A stretch of 61,588 nt of DNA, filler included, from Hausera hauseri (Eukaryota): the NCBI GenBank assembly GCA_046269625.1. It is 9 parts of 9 records of this genome, joined end to end, with 100 filler letters (N's around TTAATTAATTAA, not from the genome) between each part and the next. Parts side by side here need not be neighbours in the genome. Positions count along the whole stretch, not along the records: positions 7,489 to 21,627 come from JBJURY010666552.1; positions 21,728 to 26,011 come from JBJURY010658219.1; positions 26,112 to 31,332 come from JBJURY010304277.1; 6 more parts are not named here. One strand, written 5' to 3'. This document shows, one piece after another, positions 12,922 to 26,188 of the stretch. Both the position numbers and the translations under genes were made by a program. The notes beneath the pieces are model-generated. The model searched no databases. It was not told the origin of the DNA and saw nothing but the letters and a program-made list of their open reading frames with translations. Position 1 is the stretch's first letter, and every line of letters starts with the position of its first letter.

Positions 12922-15064
12922 ATTGTTTTTTAAATTTCAAAGTGAAAATCTAAGTTACTTAAAATCAAAGACAATACTATGTTGAAAAGTTCTTTTATTT
13001 ATTTTCAACATTGTTTATTATTTGACTCAGTGACTTATATTTCAAATGGCTACCTGAAATTCACCAAAAATTTTAATTAACATATTACGTACAATATGAC
13101 AAGAATGAAATGTTGTATAGTTATTGTATGTTATAATAACATACTATATACAAGTTGCATTTAATGAGCTACTTAAATGAAAAACATTTACACAAGTTAA
13201 TTTTTTGCATTACAAAAATCTATAAAATTTACAAAAATACACAGACAAATATTATGACATACTCCATTTTGAAAAATTGCAAAAAGTCAGATATTAATGA
13301 AAATTTAGTAGATATTTTGTTTTCACATATTCTTAATTTTGTTGCGACAGGATAATAACATTTTTAAGATGTTATAAAATTAATTAACATAAGTACTTAG
13401 CCTTTTCTGACATTAATTATATAGTTATGGTGTTAACTCTTGATCAATGTTTCAAAATGAATTTTGTATCATTATATTTATAATTACTGCATTTTCAAAA
13501 TTGATTTTTTTTGTTTCATGCACTTTTTGACATAATAATGCATTAATCTGACAATGAAGTTACTACAGGATGAGCATTCGCATAGAAATTCATAATCGAA
13601 AAAATTTGTATAGTGCTGTGAGTTAAGTTCAATTACTAATGTTAATTTCAATCGAGGAATTCAAATTTCTTAAAACAAATAGAGTAATCAGAAAACAGAC
13701 AAACCCGGAAAATTTATACAGATTTATTTCTCAGAATATTATACCAGATTTTGTATACATGAGATACCTGAAATTCTACAGAATGACCGGAAATTTTAAT
13801 CTAAATAAATTTACTGCAATATTTTTATTTACTAAATTCCTTCCAATTCAAAGCATGTAATAACTAACGAATTTGATTACATTCATTTGATTTTGTGATA
13901 CTTTTCGTAAGTTATTTAAAAGTGGGACAAACTTGTTTTAAAAATTATCACGACTATTTGAAGCCAAAGTAATTTAAGGTCAATGTTATACGAATTCAAG
14001 GCCATTGAATGGTCAAATAAAGTCACATGAGAACATGACTTATGAATGTGAGGTATATAACTAATATATATTAATAATTGATTGCATTCTGAGTTCTCTT
14101 TTGTATTGATTGTTGAAATTCTTACTCAATCACTGATAATTTTTAGTAAATATTCTCAATAATTTGTTTAAATACTGTTTATAGTAGTTAGAAGTGTGGG
14201 CTTCAGCCCTGTTTTGAAAAAGTGCTCAGATCGACCTCGGACCTAGTTTTCCTCATCTATATCGCAATTCTAAGCATTTCATGTCTCCAGGTCGGAGACC
14301 CTCCAGGGAAAGAAAAAGTTCGAGCAATGGACTTTGAACCGAGACCAATTAGTCGAGCCGGACAAGTTGAACAAAAGTTAACAGCGCCGCAAAGCCGAAA
14401 AATGTAACCCGGTGGCACAGGAGGCGGAAGAAGAAAAACGGGCAATGTGCAACTGGAAACGCAACACATGTTGCTGATATACCGAAATTTTGTTTAAGTG
14501 TAAAAATGATGTTGGCAAGTGGAATGGACACGGTTTTGTCGTCGTTTCTCCAATGGAACATGGGGAAAACGGCTTGGGAAAATTTCCGTCGGGTAAAATT
14601 TCCCCATGTTTAAGTCTGACGGTGATGGAAATGGGTCTCATACATAGCCCATAGGTTGGGAAAAAATTCATATTATAACCGTCTCACGATCAGAACAACG
14701 GATTCGGGTGAAAAATGCAATCGAAAAACTTATTGTTAAAAGTCATCGTTGTAAATCCGTTCGTTTTTTGTAGAAAAATCGTGAGTTTTATTTTGTGCGA
14801 CGACGACGACGCTTAAAATCGAACGCACAAATTATCCCGAGCTGATAATTTAGTACTACTACTACTCACAAGGATGTGGTGGTGGTAACACCGGAGACCG
14901 TATGCTTAGAAACTAATGAGTACCACCACCACCAAATGCGTAACAGAGATATTGAAATGATATAATAATAGCTACAACAATATAACAAATTCTATGTTTC
15001 AAAATCACAAAATCAATCTGCCTGTAAATTCAAAAAAGCGGATTACGTTCACAATAATATCTGT

Positions 15065-15400
15065 AATGTGAGCCACTATAGACAGTAATAGCCACACAAT
15101 ACGGTAAGTGGATGTTGATAATAAAGTCGATTATATTCAACACGATGATATGGTTGTCTTTCAATTTGAGAATCTAACGTGAAGGATAATAAAACCTGAG
15201 CGCATCAAATACTTTGACGACGGTCTGATGTACGTACACCGCAATCCATTATTTGCCCGGTAACGATGAACTGTGTGTATTAACGATGAAACCTCCGCCA
15301 CCATTTTGTCGTAAGTCACACGGCACATGGTCCAGTGGAAACACACCGCGGAATTTCACGCTCAAGAGCAGTTTTCTATAGTGACTGAATTCAGTTGAGC
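15065..15400 (-). pseudogene. Adenain-like cysteine protease of a Maverick/Polinton
   Basis: Manual translation: VKFRGVFPLDHVP...FIVNTHSSSLPGK*WIAVY...VFDAL, then after a frameshift EYNRLYYQHPLTVLCGYYCL. The catalytic-His position (PGxHW) is a TAA stop at 15249-15251. Not in the supplied ORF track. Confidence 0.78.
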
Positions 15401-15482
15401 TAAACGAAAAACGTGATGTAATAATAATAGTAATAATGGTAATAAATTACTTCATGGTACAAAGGGGAAGAAGAAGAAGGTT

Positions 15483-16428
15483 TTATTTCTACAATGACGG
15501 TTCCGTTTTTCGTTATTTCAACCTCGGCATGAAATACACCGTAAATGTTCATCTTCGCAGACTACTCCAACGCTTTAGCAAAGTGAACCTCCAGTCGCAG
15601 GTTTTCCTGCTGATGCAGTTGATTCTGGTCAACGTCATAATTTGGAGTCAGGACAAAGGTGAAGAATGGATAGATGGACTTGAACAAATCCATCGATATG
15701 CCATTGTTGACATTCTTGTCCAGCAAACCTAGTGTTGCGCACGATAGATTTCATATATGTGCTAACATAATCGCCTGCTTGTATGTCTCAACGAAATCCG
15801 CATTCCGACTCAAGCTGATGTAATTCACTTTATTATGGGTAAACGTTTCCGAATCGGTGGTATAACTGCCCATTTGTTGAGCTGTCGTTTGAAATGTAAC
15901 AAGCACAAATTTTGTTAATCGCATGTCGCCAAACACTGAGTCCTTGTAAAGTATTGTCGAACCTTTAGTATGGTGTAAAAGACGAGTTCTATGCTTTGTA
16001 ATGGGTAAAAGGCATTTTGTGTTTTCAAGCCCAATAGATATCCCATGAGCACAGGTGGTTCCACCTTTACATAATGTACGTATAAGTGTGTCTCGGTAAT
16101 TTTCAGTATGGGTTTGAGATTTGCAACTGCATTTTTCAAACAAAAGGCATTGTTGCTACATTTGAGCCAAATCGGCAGTAGGTAATTCGACTGATCGAAA
16201 AAGTCAAAGTACAGCGGTCCACACATGGTAAGCGCTTTTGATTCTGCCACCCGTGCCTGACGGTTTGCCGCTGTGGCATCATATCCGATGGTTTTCTTCA
16301 AATGAGTTGTTTTCGTGTTTCTACTCTAATTCAGAGCCATTTCAATGAGTGCTTAGATACTGTATAGACTGTTGTTGCCTTCAATTTTGACGCTGTTTAG
16401 AGTCATTGAAGCCTCCTGGAACAGTGTG
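15483..16428 (-). pseudogene. Maverick/Polinton (adintovirus-like) major capsid protein, central and C-terminal part
   Basis: TLFQEASMTLNSVKIEGNNSLYSI*ALIEMALN...MCGPLYFDFFDQSNYLLP...LYVHYVKVEP...YPFFTFVLTPNYD...NLRLEVHFAKAL...IYGVFHAEVEITKNGTVIV. Homologous to the 5012-5586 copy and lies directly upstream of the adenain. Confidence 0.85.
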
Positions 16429-16522
16429 AGAGTAGATGGATGTGAGCACACTACCGCAATACCCCCCCGCGGAGGAAAAATTGATGTGGTTCGCGGATGA
16501 GTCATGGGGTAGAAAAAACGAT
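16426..16522 (+). repeat. Dispersed ~95-bp direct repeat, copy 1 (copy 2 at about 20325-20423)
   Basis: AGTAGATGGA...AGCACAC...CCCCxCGGAG...ATGTGGTTCGCGGATGAGTCATGGGGTAGAAxAAACGAT is shared by both copies. Confidence 0.8.
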
Positions 16523-18399
16523 ACACATATACATGATTAATAGAGCGGAGATAGGAGACACACTGGCACAAAGTGGAAACGCACAAGCACATGTACGGCA
16601 TGGATTTTACGGAGCGTAAAAATTTGAATTTCGCACGAAAAATTTTTTTTTAATTTTGGTTTTAGTAATGGTGATTGGGTATAAATATTGGCCTTGAAAA
16701 TCAGATCAATGTTTAGATGGATATTAATAAAGTCGACAAAACATCAACAAAGCACAATTAGTCAAATGTTATATGGATATTTATTAGGTCAACCAAACAA
16801 AATTTACCAAATATTAGTTGGATATTTATTATATATTATATTTATAAATAAATATATATTTTCCATATATATAAGTATATATTTTACTCATTTCGAGGAC
16901 GCAACCGCTGTAATATTATATTGTAAACTTTCTTTGCATGTTTTTTAGGACAATAATGTTGCATAATTTGTTTAACGTTCTTTATGTAACGTTCCAATAT
17001 TTCGATCTTATTAAGATCTTTGTCAGAGAAAATCGGTCGGGTAGATATTAAGCAATGTTTACTCATCTTTTTGAATCTCACACACACAATATGTTGCACT
17101 CTAAGTATATGTAGATACCCAACTATCAATAGAAAGGTAATCTCACAAATGAAGACGTTTTTGAAAGTCATTTATTTAGTCAATTTCTGTTGGATGTTGT
17201 TTTCGATAAAGCCTTGTCCAAGCTGTCAACAAGCATCACGTAACAATTTATGATACCACATCACTGTTGTATATCGACATTAATAACCTGTACGGCTGGG
17301 CGCTTTCACAACCTTTGCCGTACGGTTTATTAGAATGGATAGTCGACAAACAGGTCTGTGGTGCCCACCGTCCGTTTCGGCCCTCTGGCCCATTTTGGAC
17401 AGGTACGGCCGGTGTGGCGTTTTCGCTACGATTGTTCCATTAATCGGACCTGGCCACTCCCTTTGGGAGCACTTTATCATAAAGAGACCAATCTTCACAG
17501 AATAGTCAATTCAGATGAATTACCAATTGGTTTCTATGGAATATTTTTCCATTAATTGAAAATTTATATTTGAGAGGGTATTGTGTAAAATAGATCTCAA
17601 TCTTATTCATTTCCATGCAACATTTGATGTGCAAAATCTTACATATTTAACAGAAAATAACTACTGAATTAAACAGTGGTCGTTCTGTCAAATATGATAA
17701 CCTAAAAACGAAAAGACTTTGTCATGATACATCGTCTAACCAATAATTTTCAAATAATCATCTACGTGTAATCAGATGTTGAAACATTCTACTTTGAATT
17801 CTATTTCCTCTATAATTCTTGTTTGGGATGTATAATTTTGGCATGAATTGCATTAAAACTTTTGTTGACAACCTGTTTGTACATATTTATTTTTCTTTTA
17901 CCCAAATGAGTATTTCTGAAATTTTATTCAAAAATGTAACTTTATTTAGTGACTGTGTATAAATTGGGGTTTTATGTATTTTTGATTTATGTCCAAAAGT
18001 TTGCTGCAATAAATTCATTTAGCAGAGAAATCTACAAAATACCAGTGATTATGATATGCCTGGGATTTTGGTTAACAAGGGCCGGATTTACTTAATTTTG
18101 CCTAACATTCATCTTTGGATGTACACTCATAAAGTTTTGCGCAATAAAAAAGAAAACACAGTGACAGAAATATTTAAAAAATTGATTTTAAAATTAGTTG
18201 TCAAACTTGTATTCTTGTATGAATCTCGGCAAATAAAGGATTGTTCCTTCTGAAGTCTTTTATTCCAAAACATGTGCAGGAGAAAAATTCGTTTTTGGGG
18301 ATATATATACGCAGTGGTGTCATTCAACTCGACTTATCTTGGTCGAGAATGGCAACAGGAGATAAGTATAATTTATTAGAAATCAAATTATATTGTTGA

Positions 18400-19615
18400 A
18401 ATCCATTTGAGTTGTATAACAAAACAACTACGACAAGGGGCCCGGACACAATGCAGAAAAATAGAAGAATAGAATCGCACTTCAAAACTATCCCAAAGGC
18501 CAAAACAGGAAGGTTAATTGAATATCCAGACACTGGTTATCGAATCTTATCAGAAAACAAAATAATTACATCCGTCCTGTTGAACCAGTTACTGAAGATT
18601 GTAGAATTATATGTAGAAACTGTGAGGAAGATGATGAAGATGAAACTAAGAATGTAGAGAAATCAGAAACTTGTGAAAGCCTTGGAAAGAGGAAATTTTT
18701 GAAGTTAGACGATTCAAATGAATTCACAGACTACCGGAACGTTTCATTGATTGTGTTATGAATGCGAATTTTGTAGATGCAAGTAGCTCTGATTCCTATG
18801 ATGATGCAGTGGTAAGTCCAAATACATCAAATTGGAAAAATTCAATGGAACAAGAAATGAAAGCAGTTAGAGAAAATGTGACATGGATTTAGTCGGATTC
18901 CCTAAAGACAAGCTAGTTATTTAAAACAAAGTGGTATTTACCAGACGAGGTATGGTGCCCTTAAGGCCAGGTTAGTTCCTTTAAGATATCAACAAAAGTT
19001 AGAACGAGATGAATCAAATTACTCTCCAGTGGCTCCAATAGTGACTTTATGTCAGTTATCAGTGTGTAGTAAAATAAAATACGAAATCGTGCAACTAGAT
19101 ATAACCGCAGCGTTTCTCAACGGATGATTAAAATCGAAAATATAAATGTGAAACAACCCAAAGGTTACGATGACGGAAGTAATAGTATATGTAAACTAAA
19201 TCGAGCACTATATTGAATTCGAGAAAGCTCCAGATACGCACTACTTGTATACAATTCGTCTGTGAAAATATCTGTACCCTACCCAAAATCTATCCATTAG
19301 CTTCCAAGTTCGTAGCCCTAAAATATTGAAACATTTTCGAATGCGGATTGGACTGCCGACCCAATCGATCGCCCGTTTGCAAAAGGAATGGTAGTATTTG
19401 TATTTGACAACCCGGCATATTGGTACTTCAAGAAGCATAAATGTATTACAAGTAGAGCTATTTTGCAGAATATTATGTCATCGCAAATGCAATTAAAGAG
19501 ACTATTTATGTAAGTGAAATAGGCAAAGAATTTGAAATAACAACAGTTCAATCCGCAATAGTCTATGCTGATAATTCAGCAGCTATCGATCTCGGTATCA
19601 ACGGTAACTTCTGTA
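18400..19615 (+). mobile_element. Ty1/copia LTR retrotransposon pol remnant (integrase C-terminal SH3-like, RT, RNase H)
   Basis: IPKAKTGRLIEYPDTGYRI (~18490-18545); NWKNSMEQEMKAVRENVTW, VQLDITAAFLNG, KQPKGYDDGSNSICKLNRALY (18830-19215); RNase H ADWTAD...YADNSAAIDL (19335-19595). The IN-RT-RH order is the copia order. Confidence 0.85.
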
Positions 19616-19725
19616 AAATACACTTCAAAAGTCCAAAACTTTTAAGCCTGCAGCTTCAACATTTCACAACACTCACACACTGCAGTAGCACAACGCAGTC
19701 ATGAACTCCAAAATTCCCAAACGTA

Positions 19726-20020
19726 GTGGGTGAAAATTGAACAAGTGTGAACCGCTGGTAGTATTTTTATATGAGCAGAACATCAAGAAAGTATAAGTCG
19801 AATATTAGAAAACAGTAGCTCGAGAAAATTCCCAAAAAATTACCAAACTTGGTGGGAGAAAATTGAACAAGTCTGAACCAATGGTACCATTTTTATATGA
19901 GCAGAACATCAAGAACGTATAATGAGTCGAATAACAGGAGACAGTAGCCCGTGAAAATCAACGAAAATTTTATAAAATTCAAAATACCCAAAGGTAGTTG
20001 GGGAAAATTGGACAAGTGCT
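19726..20020 (+). repeat. Diverged tandem repeat, ~125-145-bp unit, about 2.2 copies
   Basis: GTGGGxGAAAATTGAACAAGT...ATTTTTATATGAGCAGAACATCAAGAA recurs at ~19726 and ~19852, with a partial copy at ~19997. Confidence 0.75.
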
Positions 20021-20324
20021 ACGTACAAGATTTCAAATCAAAAATTGCAAAACCCAATGCCAGCTGGTTGACATACCATATCGTTCGTCGATTATGCAAA
20101 TTATTACACTTGCAGTTACATTGTACAATTCAGAATTGACGTGAGTAGCGTAACCATTCTGTATTTACAAATCAATCTTTACTTATGCTAACAAATATAT
20201 GTGATAATACTTTTCTTTATTATAAAATTTAAATTTTATTGGGAATACTATTTATTATTTGAAATTTTGCCATTTATGTTTTTAATAAGGTGTCAACCAA
20301 GCTGCAAAAATGAATCAAGAAAGA

Positions 20325-20423
20325 ACTGTAGTAGATGGAAGGAAGCACACGCTTCAAGTGTCCGCCCCCACGGAGAAAAAAATAATGTGGTTCGCGGATG
20401 AGTCATGGGGTAGAATAAACGAT
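20325..20423 (+). repeat. Dispersed ~95-bp direct repeat, copy 2
   Basis: Matches 16426-16522. Confidence 0.8.
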
Positions 20424-21627
20424 GCGGTAAATTTTCATAAATTTTATATGGTGCATTTTTGTAAATTTTCACAACAATGTTGTTATCGTTTTACATGACA
20501 ATTAACATTTTGGTAAGTTTTCAATCAGTTTGATTTGTAATGGTTTTTAAAGTGTTCCTTGTAAGATAATTTTGAATTGTTTTACTATATTTTACTAATT
20601 ACTAATTTTTAATTTTACATATTTTGCTGATGCTGCTTACGACCCAACGTGACAATTAACATTTTTTGATATTTACTGACAATTTCCATAAGATTCCGCA
20701 ACTAGATTGACAATTTTCTTCGACGTATCTTCATTCAGTACCTTCGAGATAATTTTATAACTATTCTATAGAAAGTAATTTCGACTATTTTAAATTTTCC
20801 TTTAATTGGATATTTAAATGGATATTGTTTTATTTTTGTGAAATAAAATTATATTTTTGAATGATAAATAAAATATAAACCATTTATGACGCATTAAGAT
20901 AAGATAATTACTGGTATAAAGGAACTAATTAACCACGCGCTTTTATATATTTATATATGTTAGGAAATCATAGCTCAAAAATCTGAATAACATCCAACTC
21001 TAATTTGAAGTAAGTAATAAATAATGGAAATTGAATCAGTAAACCAAACAACTTTATTAGTAGAGCAAACAGAATTTTACGCTTGGCCTGATAGAACGTC
21101 AACATACGCATTCTACAAGTTAATACAATTATTTTGTGTGTTGTTTATTTACCTTCTCTGTAAATAAACTTAACCTTCTCTCCACTAAATAAAAGCGTCA
21201 GCGGCCGAACCACAAGCAGGCCAAGCTATTACACACAAATTAACTAAAATCAAGCAATAGAATTTAAATAATTCTTCTTTTGATTTAAATATCCTTCATA
21301 CTTGAATTTTTTAAATTTGTACACAGAGAATTGAAACAAGTATCATAGCATAAAAACACCATTTGGTCCCAATAATTAATACTAACCTTAATTTTGAAAT
21401 ACTCAATTATTTGGTATTTAAGAGACTCAAAGATTATAATAAATCTTTGTGTAACTTTTCAACATTCGGACAATTAAAAATCCAATCTATCATGTGAGGA
21501 TATAATTGATAACAGAAGTTCTGAATTTAAATCAGATACAATTTTAAATTTAACTCAGCATGGAATACACCAATGATATGCGTATGGAAGAAAGACAAAA
21601 ACGACGTCAGAATATGTCTGGACTTTA

Positions 21628-21727
21628 NNNNNNNNNNNNNNNNNNNNNNNNNNNNNNNNNNNNNNNNNNNNTTAATTAATTAANNNNNNNNNNNNNNNNN
21701 NNNNNNNNNNNNNNNNNNNNNNNNNNN
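21628..21727. other. Artificial contig linker
   Basis: N-TTAATTAATTAA-N, 100 nt. Confidence 0.98.
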
Positions 21728-24700
21728 TTTTTTGTTTTGTTTAAGGTCCTGTCATTTTGAATCAGTTGTTGCTGTGTTACAGCGCAGGTCTGGGCAAATG
21801 GACTGTGATTTTATTCACTGAAATTTTATCTTTGTTTCTGTTTTATTTTTAAAGGTTAAAAATTACTTCCACCGGCTGTGATTTATTTGCATTAGGTTTA
21901 ATTATCTTATATATTTTTTGTTTTGTTCTGATGGCTGAAAGGAAGAAGTGTCGTATGTGAAAGAGTACAGATTTGGAAGGTTTTTGTTTCATTTTTAAGG
22001 ACCAGGTATTTGTTTTATCCATTTTATTATTGTTTTCTTTTTGTCATGTCATTTTCTTTGTTGGGGTAATTGATCATTTACTGGTCCCTGCTTTTGAAAT
22101 GTCTGATTTATTTTGTGTGTTCATTTAATGGGAGTTTATTGTTTTGTTTCACACAATATTTTCTTTAAGTTATAGGCATTGTTTTATCCTTTACCGAGGT
22201 TTAGGCTGGAAATTCATTTGCTGGTTTATTTCTGATGTGGTCTTTACTATTAACTTAAGAAGTTTTATTTTTCCCTCCACAATATTTTCTGGATTTCAGT
22301 GTTTTTGTTTTTTCTGTTTGTTTAAACAAAACATGCTTTTCGTTTCAGTTCCATCCGTTTTTATGAATTGTATTTTTGTATTCTTTGGTGTTGTTTTATT
22401 TTTTTTGTTTTCAATGTCCTACAAAATATGGATAATTGCATTTGGCTGTGTCAACGAGAAGATCACATGGAGTCTACATTGTTCTGCTCATCAAATCACT
22501 GTGCTGAAGGGATCTTGTTTTGTGAGCTGACTAATTGTGTGAACTTAAATGATTTTGCTGTGAGTATTTTGGAGAATGATTAAGTGTCTAACGAAAATGA
22601 TGTATTTTTGTTCACAGTGGAAGCTGGTAGGGGTTCTCAGCCATTTTTGTTGTACGATGTTTTCTCCTGTTTTGTGCTTAGCCAGGAAGTTCAGGTTTTG
22701 TATTTTCCTTTGGTTCTCCTTTAGAAAGTGGTTTCTTTTATTTTATAGTTAGGAGGGGGGTGTTTTGTTTGTTGTTTTGGCTTTGGGGACCCTGAAGCTT
22801 AAACCTTCCCTGTGTTTTCTGTCTCTTGTGACTGTCGTCACCGGTATGCGTTACTGATTTTTGTGTTACTCCCAGTCCCGTAAGTTACCATTATCGGCCT
22901 TGGAGGGGCTGTAACAATGTTGTTTGCAAATGTTTTTTCTATAATTGACTCCTGGAGTGTTTGTTTGTTTTGATTTTCTTGTTTTTCTTTCTTTTATTTT
23001 TCTGCTGCTCTGATATGTACAGTACTGTTGCAGTCCTGTAGGGGGGTGGAGACACAGAGAGCAGAAAGTCTGTTCGGTCTAACTTGTTGTTTATTATTTT
23101 TTATTCTACTTGATTTGTAATGCATTTAATTTGATATGGTTTCAAACTGTTCAAAGTCCTACAGAAAGGGGTTTGAATGAGTTGATAGGAAGTCACAACA
23201 AGAATCTAATGAATTTAATTTTAAGATGTCAATTGCTTTAATTTGTTTCTTTTCATTGTTTAATTTTTCCTTTTTGTTTTATCCACACTTCCTGTTCAGG
23301 TTTAATTGTAAACTTTCATTAACAGTTGTTCAAGAAGAAACAATCTTCACCAGGGTCCTTAGAAAGGATGCTCGACCTTGGAGCCCACCTGAAAGTCAGC
23401 GACCTCAATCTTTTACACACTGCCAACAACAGGTGACCATCACGACAGGTTTTGCACCTGAGAGACTTGAAAAGCGACTTCAACTCTGTTCATGTCAAAA
23501 CCAGAGGTTGCCATGAGCTTCACGATGAAACCAAAGTGCTCCATGGGAGAAGGTGAACTGTCGCTGAAATGATACTTGATGAGAAGAAAAAGAGAAACTG
23601 TAATAAAGACCTGTTCATTGTGAGATCTGACCTTTTTCAAGCTGGCGAGGCCAAGGTCAAAGGTTTTCACACAGATATCCAGTCTTCACAAGCGGGCAGG
23701 GCCAAGACTGGGAGATCATGTAGTGTGGAGGTCATTGGACATGTGACAAAACAGGAGGTGCATTCCTCACCGGCCAGAAGGGGGCTCCAGGTGCGACCAT
23801 CGCCAAGGGGGGCTTTGAAATCACGACTGGTATAAATTACAGGAAATCTGTGACTCTTATCTCCAGTGAAAGCCAGGGAGAAGATGGATGGTGGACAGCT
23901 CCAGCTGACCCACTCTACACACCATGTTCTGAACAATGTTTGCTAAGTCTCTCACAACAGGCTGTTGAAGTATGGTGGGGAGTCGAACCTCCCTCGCAGT
24001 TGACTGGGCCCTCCCCAGGAAGGACAGGGGTCAAGGAGAAGAGACGAGGAGGAACATTCCACAGCGTCTGCTTGAGAGGAAGAGATGGAACCTGATCCAG
24101 TGGAGTCGGTTTACAGCAACAGAAGGAGTCCCAAGGACATTTGGCAAAAGTCCAGGCAGATCCAAGCGGAGACGAGAGCGTCTCAGGCCGACCAGAACCA
24201 GAGCCAGAACCAGAATCTGAGCCAGAACTGACTCTCGGGGGCAAACCACAGCAGATGACCGTGTAAGCAAAAACCTACTGGACTAATCTCGGACATAGAA
24301 CATATAGGCCACATTGGAATGTATTGTTTGGTTACACTAATTTGTTTACTTTGTCAGTATTTTTATTTGATTGGGTCTAATCAATGGTTTTTGAATCAGT
24401 CTTTATGCTACATGACCTATCACGGGGGTCATTGAACACTCGGATGTCCCAGCTTTGATGATGATGTTTCTTTGATAAAGGAGGGAATGGAACATGAAAA
24501 TGACATAATTCTACAATTCCAGTACAACAGAAAGCAGTACTGTTATCAATCTAGAATTAGATTTAGACACATAAGCATCATAAACATAACAATGACATCC
24601 GTTGTTGTTCTAACACTGTATTGGAAGATGCTTTTACTTTGCAAGATACTGGCGGGTGTTCTCTGTCTCCCCAGGAGGGCACCAGGACGATTCGGTTAAA

Positions 24701-25626
24701 TGGACTCAAATTCTTGGACAGGACTCAGAGACTTGGACAGGCTCAAAGGAAAAGGAACTGGACTCTGGACCAAAACAATTGGACAAGCAATGCCAAGGAA
24801 GGACTGATTCAAAACATCAAGGTTGACAGACAGTGTCAACCCAACAACGTCATTAAGGACTCACTCAACCTTTCGGGGGTTATTATTGGGTTACAACTTT
24901 TATTTTCTGTTGGTTTTGATTCTTTGTATCCTAATGTTTGATATGTTAATCTGTTATTTTACTCCTTTATGTTTTGCTTGAGTTATGAAGTACGCTAACC
25001 TTCATGGTAACAACTTTTATTGCACTCACATTGTATTTCTGCATGATACACATTACACTATATATATTTTGATTTTATAGGAGTTCAAAGGGGTCCAGAT
25101 TGGCTATGGACAGTCCCTTAAATTAGTTAATGGTAATTGTTAGTTTCAAAACAGAGATTTCTTTCACAGATTGGCACAGAGTGGGGATTTCTCTGGACCT
25201 GTGATCTTTTTTCTCACCCCTGTTTCATGGGGAGGGTTTTTCTATGATCGTACAGGTCAATTAGGTTCATTTTCAACGGCGTTTAATTCCATAAAGCTGA
25301 CCTTCTGATCCCCTGCAGTGTCACAGTGTTGCTAGTGTAGGTCATGGATTTTTGTCCATGGTTGGGTGTGTACTGCCAGGAGGTTGGGGGACAGCTAGAG
25401 TGTAGACGGATTCGACCTTATTAGTAAATAGATTAGCTTTCCTAGTTTCAAAGTAACTTTAAATAATGTGTGCGTAGGCCATAAAATAGGATCCTAGCAA
25501 ACTAGATGATTTCTAAATCGTAGACCACGCATAAAACCTATATGAAAAAGTCTCGAGGGGGGATGTAGTGAATAGGCCTCAGTACATAAAGCTGTTGAAA
25601 AGGGGGTGTTTGTGTGGGGTTTGGCA
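21728..25626 (+). mobile_element. Decayed endogenous retrovirus / LTR element of teleost type (non-autonomous relic)
   Basis: Degenerate integrase C-terminus at ~23990-24125 (LTGP...TFHSVCLRGRDGT*..QWSRFTATE, compare WTGPF..ERTSHAVRLKGKGxTWxHWSQC of fish ERV-like elements). Polypurine tract GAGGGGGGA is immediately followed by TGTAG (25555-25568). The sequence ends ...TTTGGCA at 25626. The left boundary is undefined. Confidence 0.45.
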
Positions 25627-25717
25627 TCTTGGCATGTTCTTGTACCAGTTCCCCTTTTGGGTTGACACTAAAGATTCGGTTTAAGGAAACTCCGACCTGC
25701 TTATATGAATACACATC
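25627..25717 (-). pseudogene. LPIN1: Lipin (phosphatidate phosphatase) C-LIP exon, interrupted
   Basis: Acceptor tgttttcag then DVYSYKQVGVSLNRIFSVNPKGELVQEHAK, near-identical to vertebrate lipin-1. The expected continuation TNISS and the donor site are replaced by LTR-like sequence. Confidence 0.85.
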
Positions 25718-25935
25718 CTGAAAACACAATATCGCACTCAGTCCGAGTCTGTTGCATGGTTACACCATAAAAAATATGCACTCTCACCACAGCAGCCAAT
25801 TGTTTGTGCTGCATGCTTGAGCAGGCCAATGACACCACCAAGATCTGAATCCAAGATCTGAGGCACAAGTCCAGATCCAAGAATGGATGTTTTTTTTATG
25901 TTTTACTTAAATCGTTGTTACTTAAGTGTCCTGTT

Positions 25936-26011
25936 TGCCAGGAGGGCATCTGGCAAAATCAAAATGAGGACCACTGCAGCAACCCCAAATGGGAGCAGCC
26001 GAAAGAAGAAG
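25936..26011 (+). mobile_element. 3' tail of an RTE-related LINE/SINE
   Basis: CAGGAGGGCATCTGGC...CTGCAGCAACCCCAAATGGGAGCAGCCGAAAGAAGAAG resembles the conserved RTE 3' end (CTGTGGCGACCCCTAA..GGGAGCAGCCGAAAGAAGAAG). Confidence 0.55.
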
Positions 26012-26111
26012 NNNNNNNNNNNNNNNNNNNNNNNNNNNNNNNNNNNNNNNNNNNNTTAATTAATTAANNNNNNNNNNNNNNNNNNNNNNNNNNNNNNNNN
26101 NNNNNNNNNNN
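26012..26111. other. Artificial contig linker
   Basis: N-TTAATTAATTAA-N, 100 nt. Confidence 0.98.
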
Positions 26112-26188
26112 TTCATTCTTTATTTTCAAAGGGATGAAAATTGGGCACACATGCCTTTCTTACGTTCTGCCCTTCATGTTTCTGAAGT
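26112..26188 (+). repeat. Exact 77-bp terminal direct repeat of contig 4 (identical to 31256-31332)
   Basis: TTCATTCTTTATTTTCAAAGGG...CATGTTTCTGAAGT occurs at both contig ends. Confidence 0.97.
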
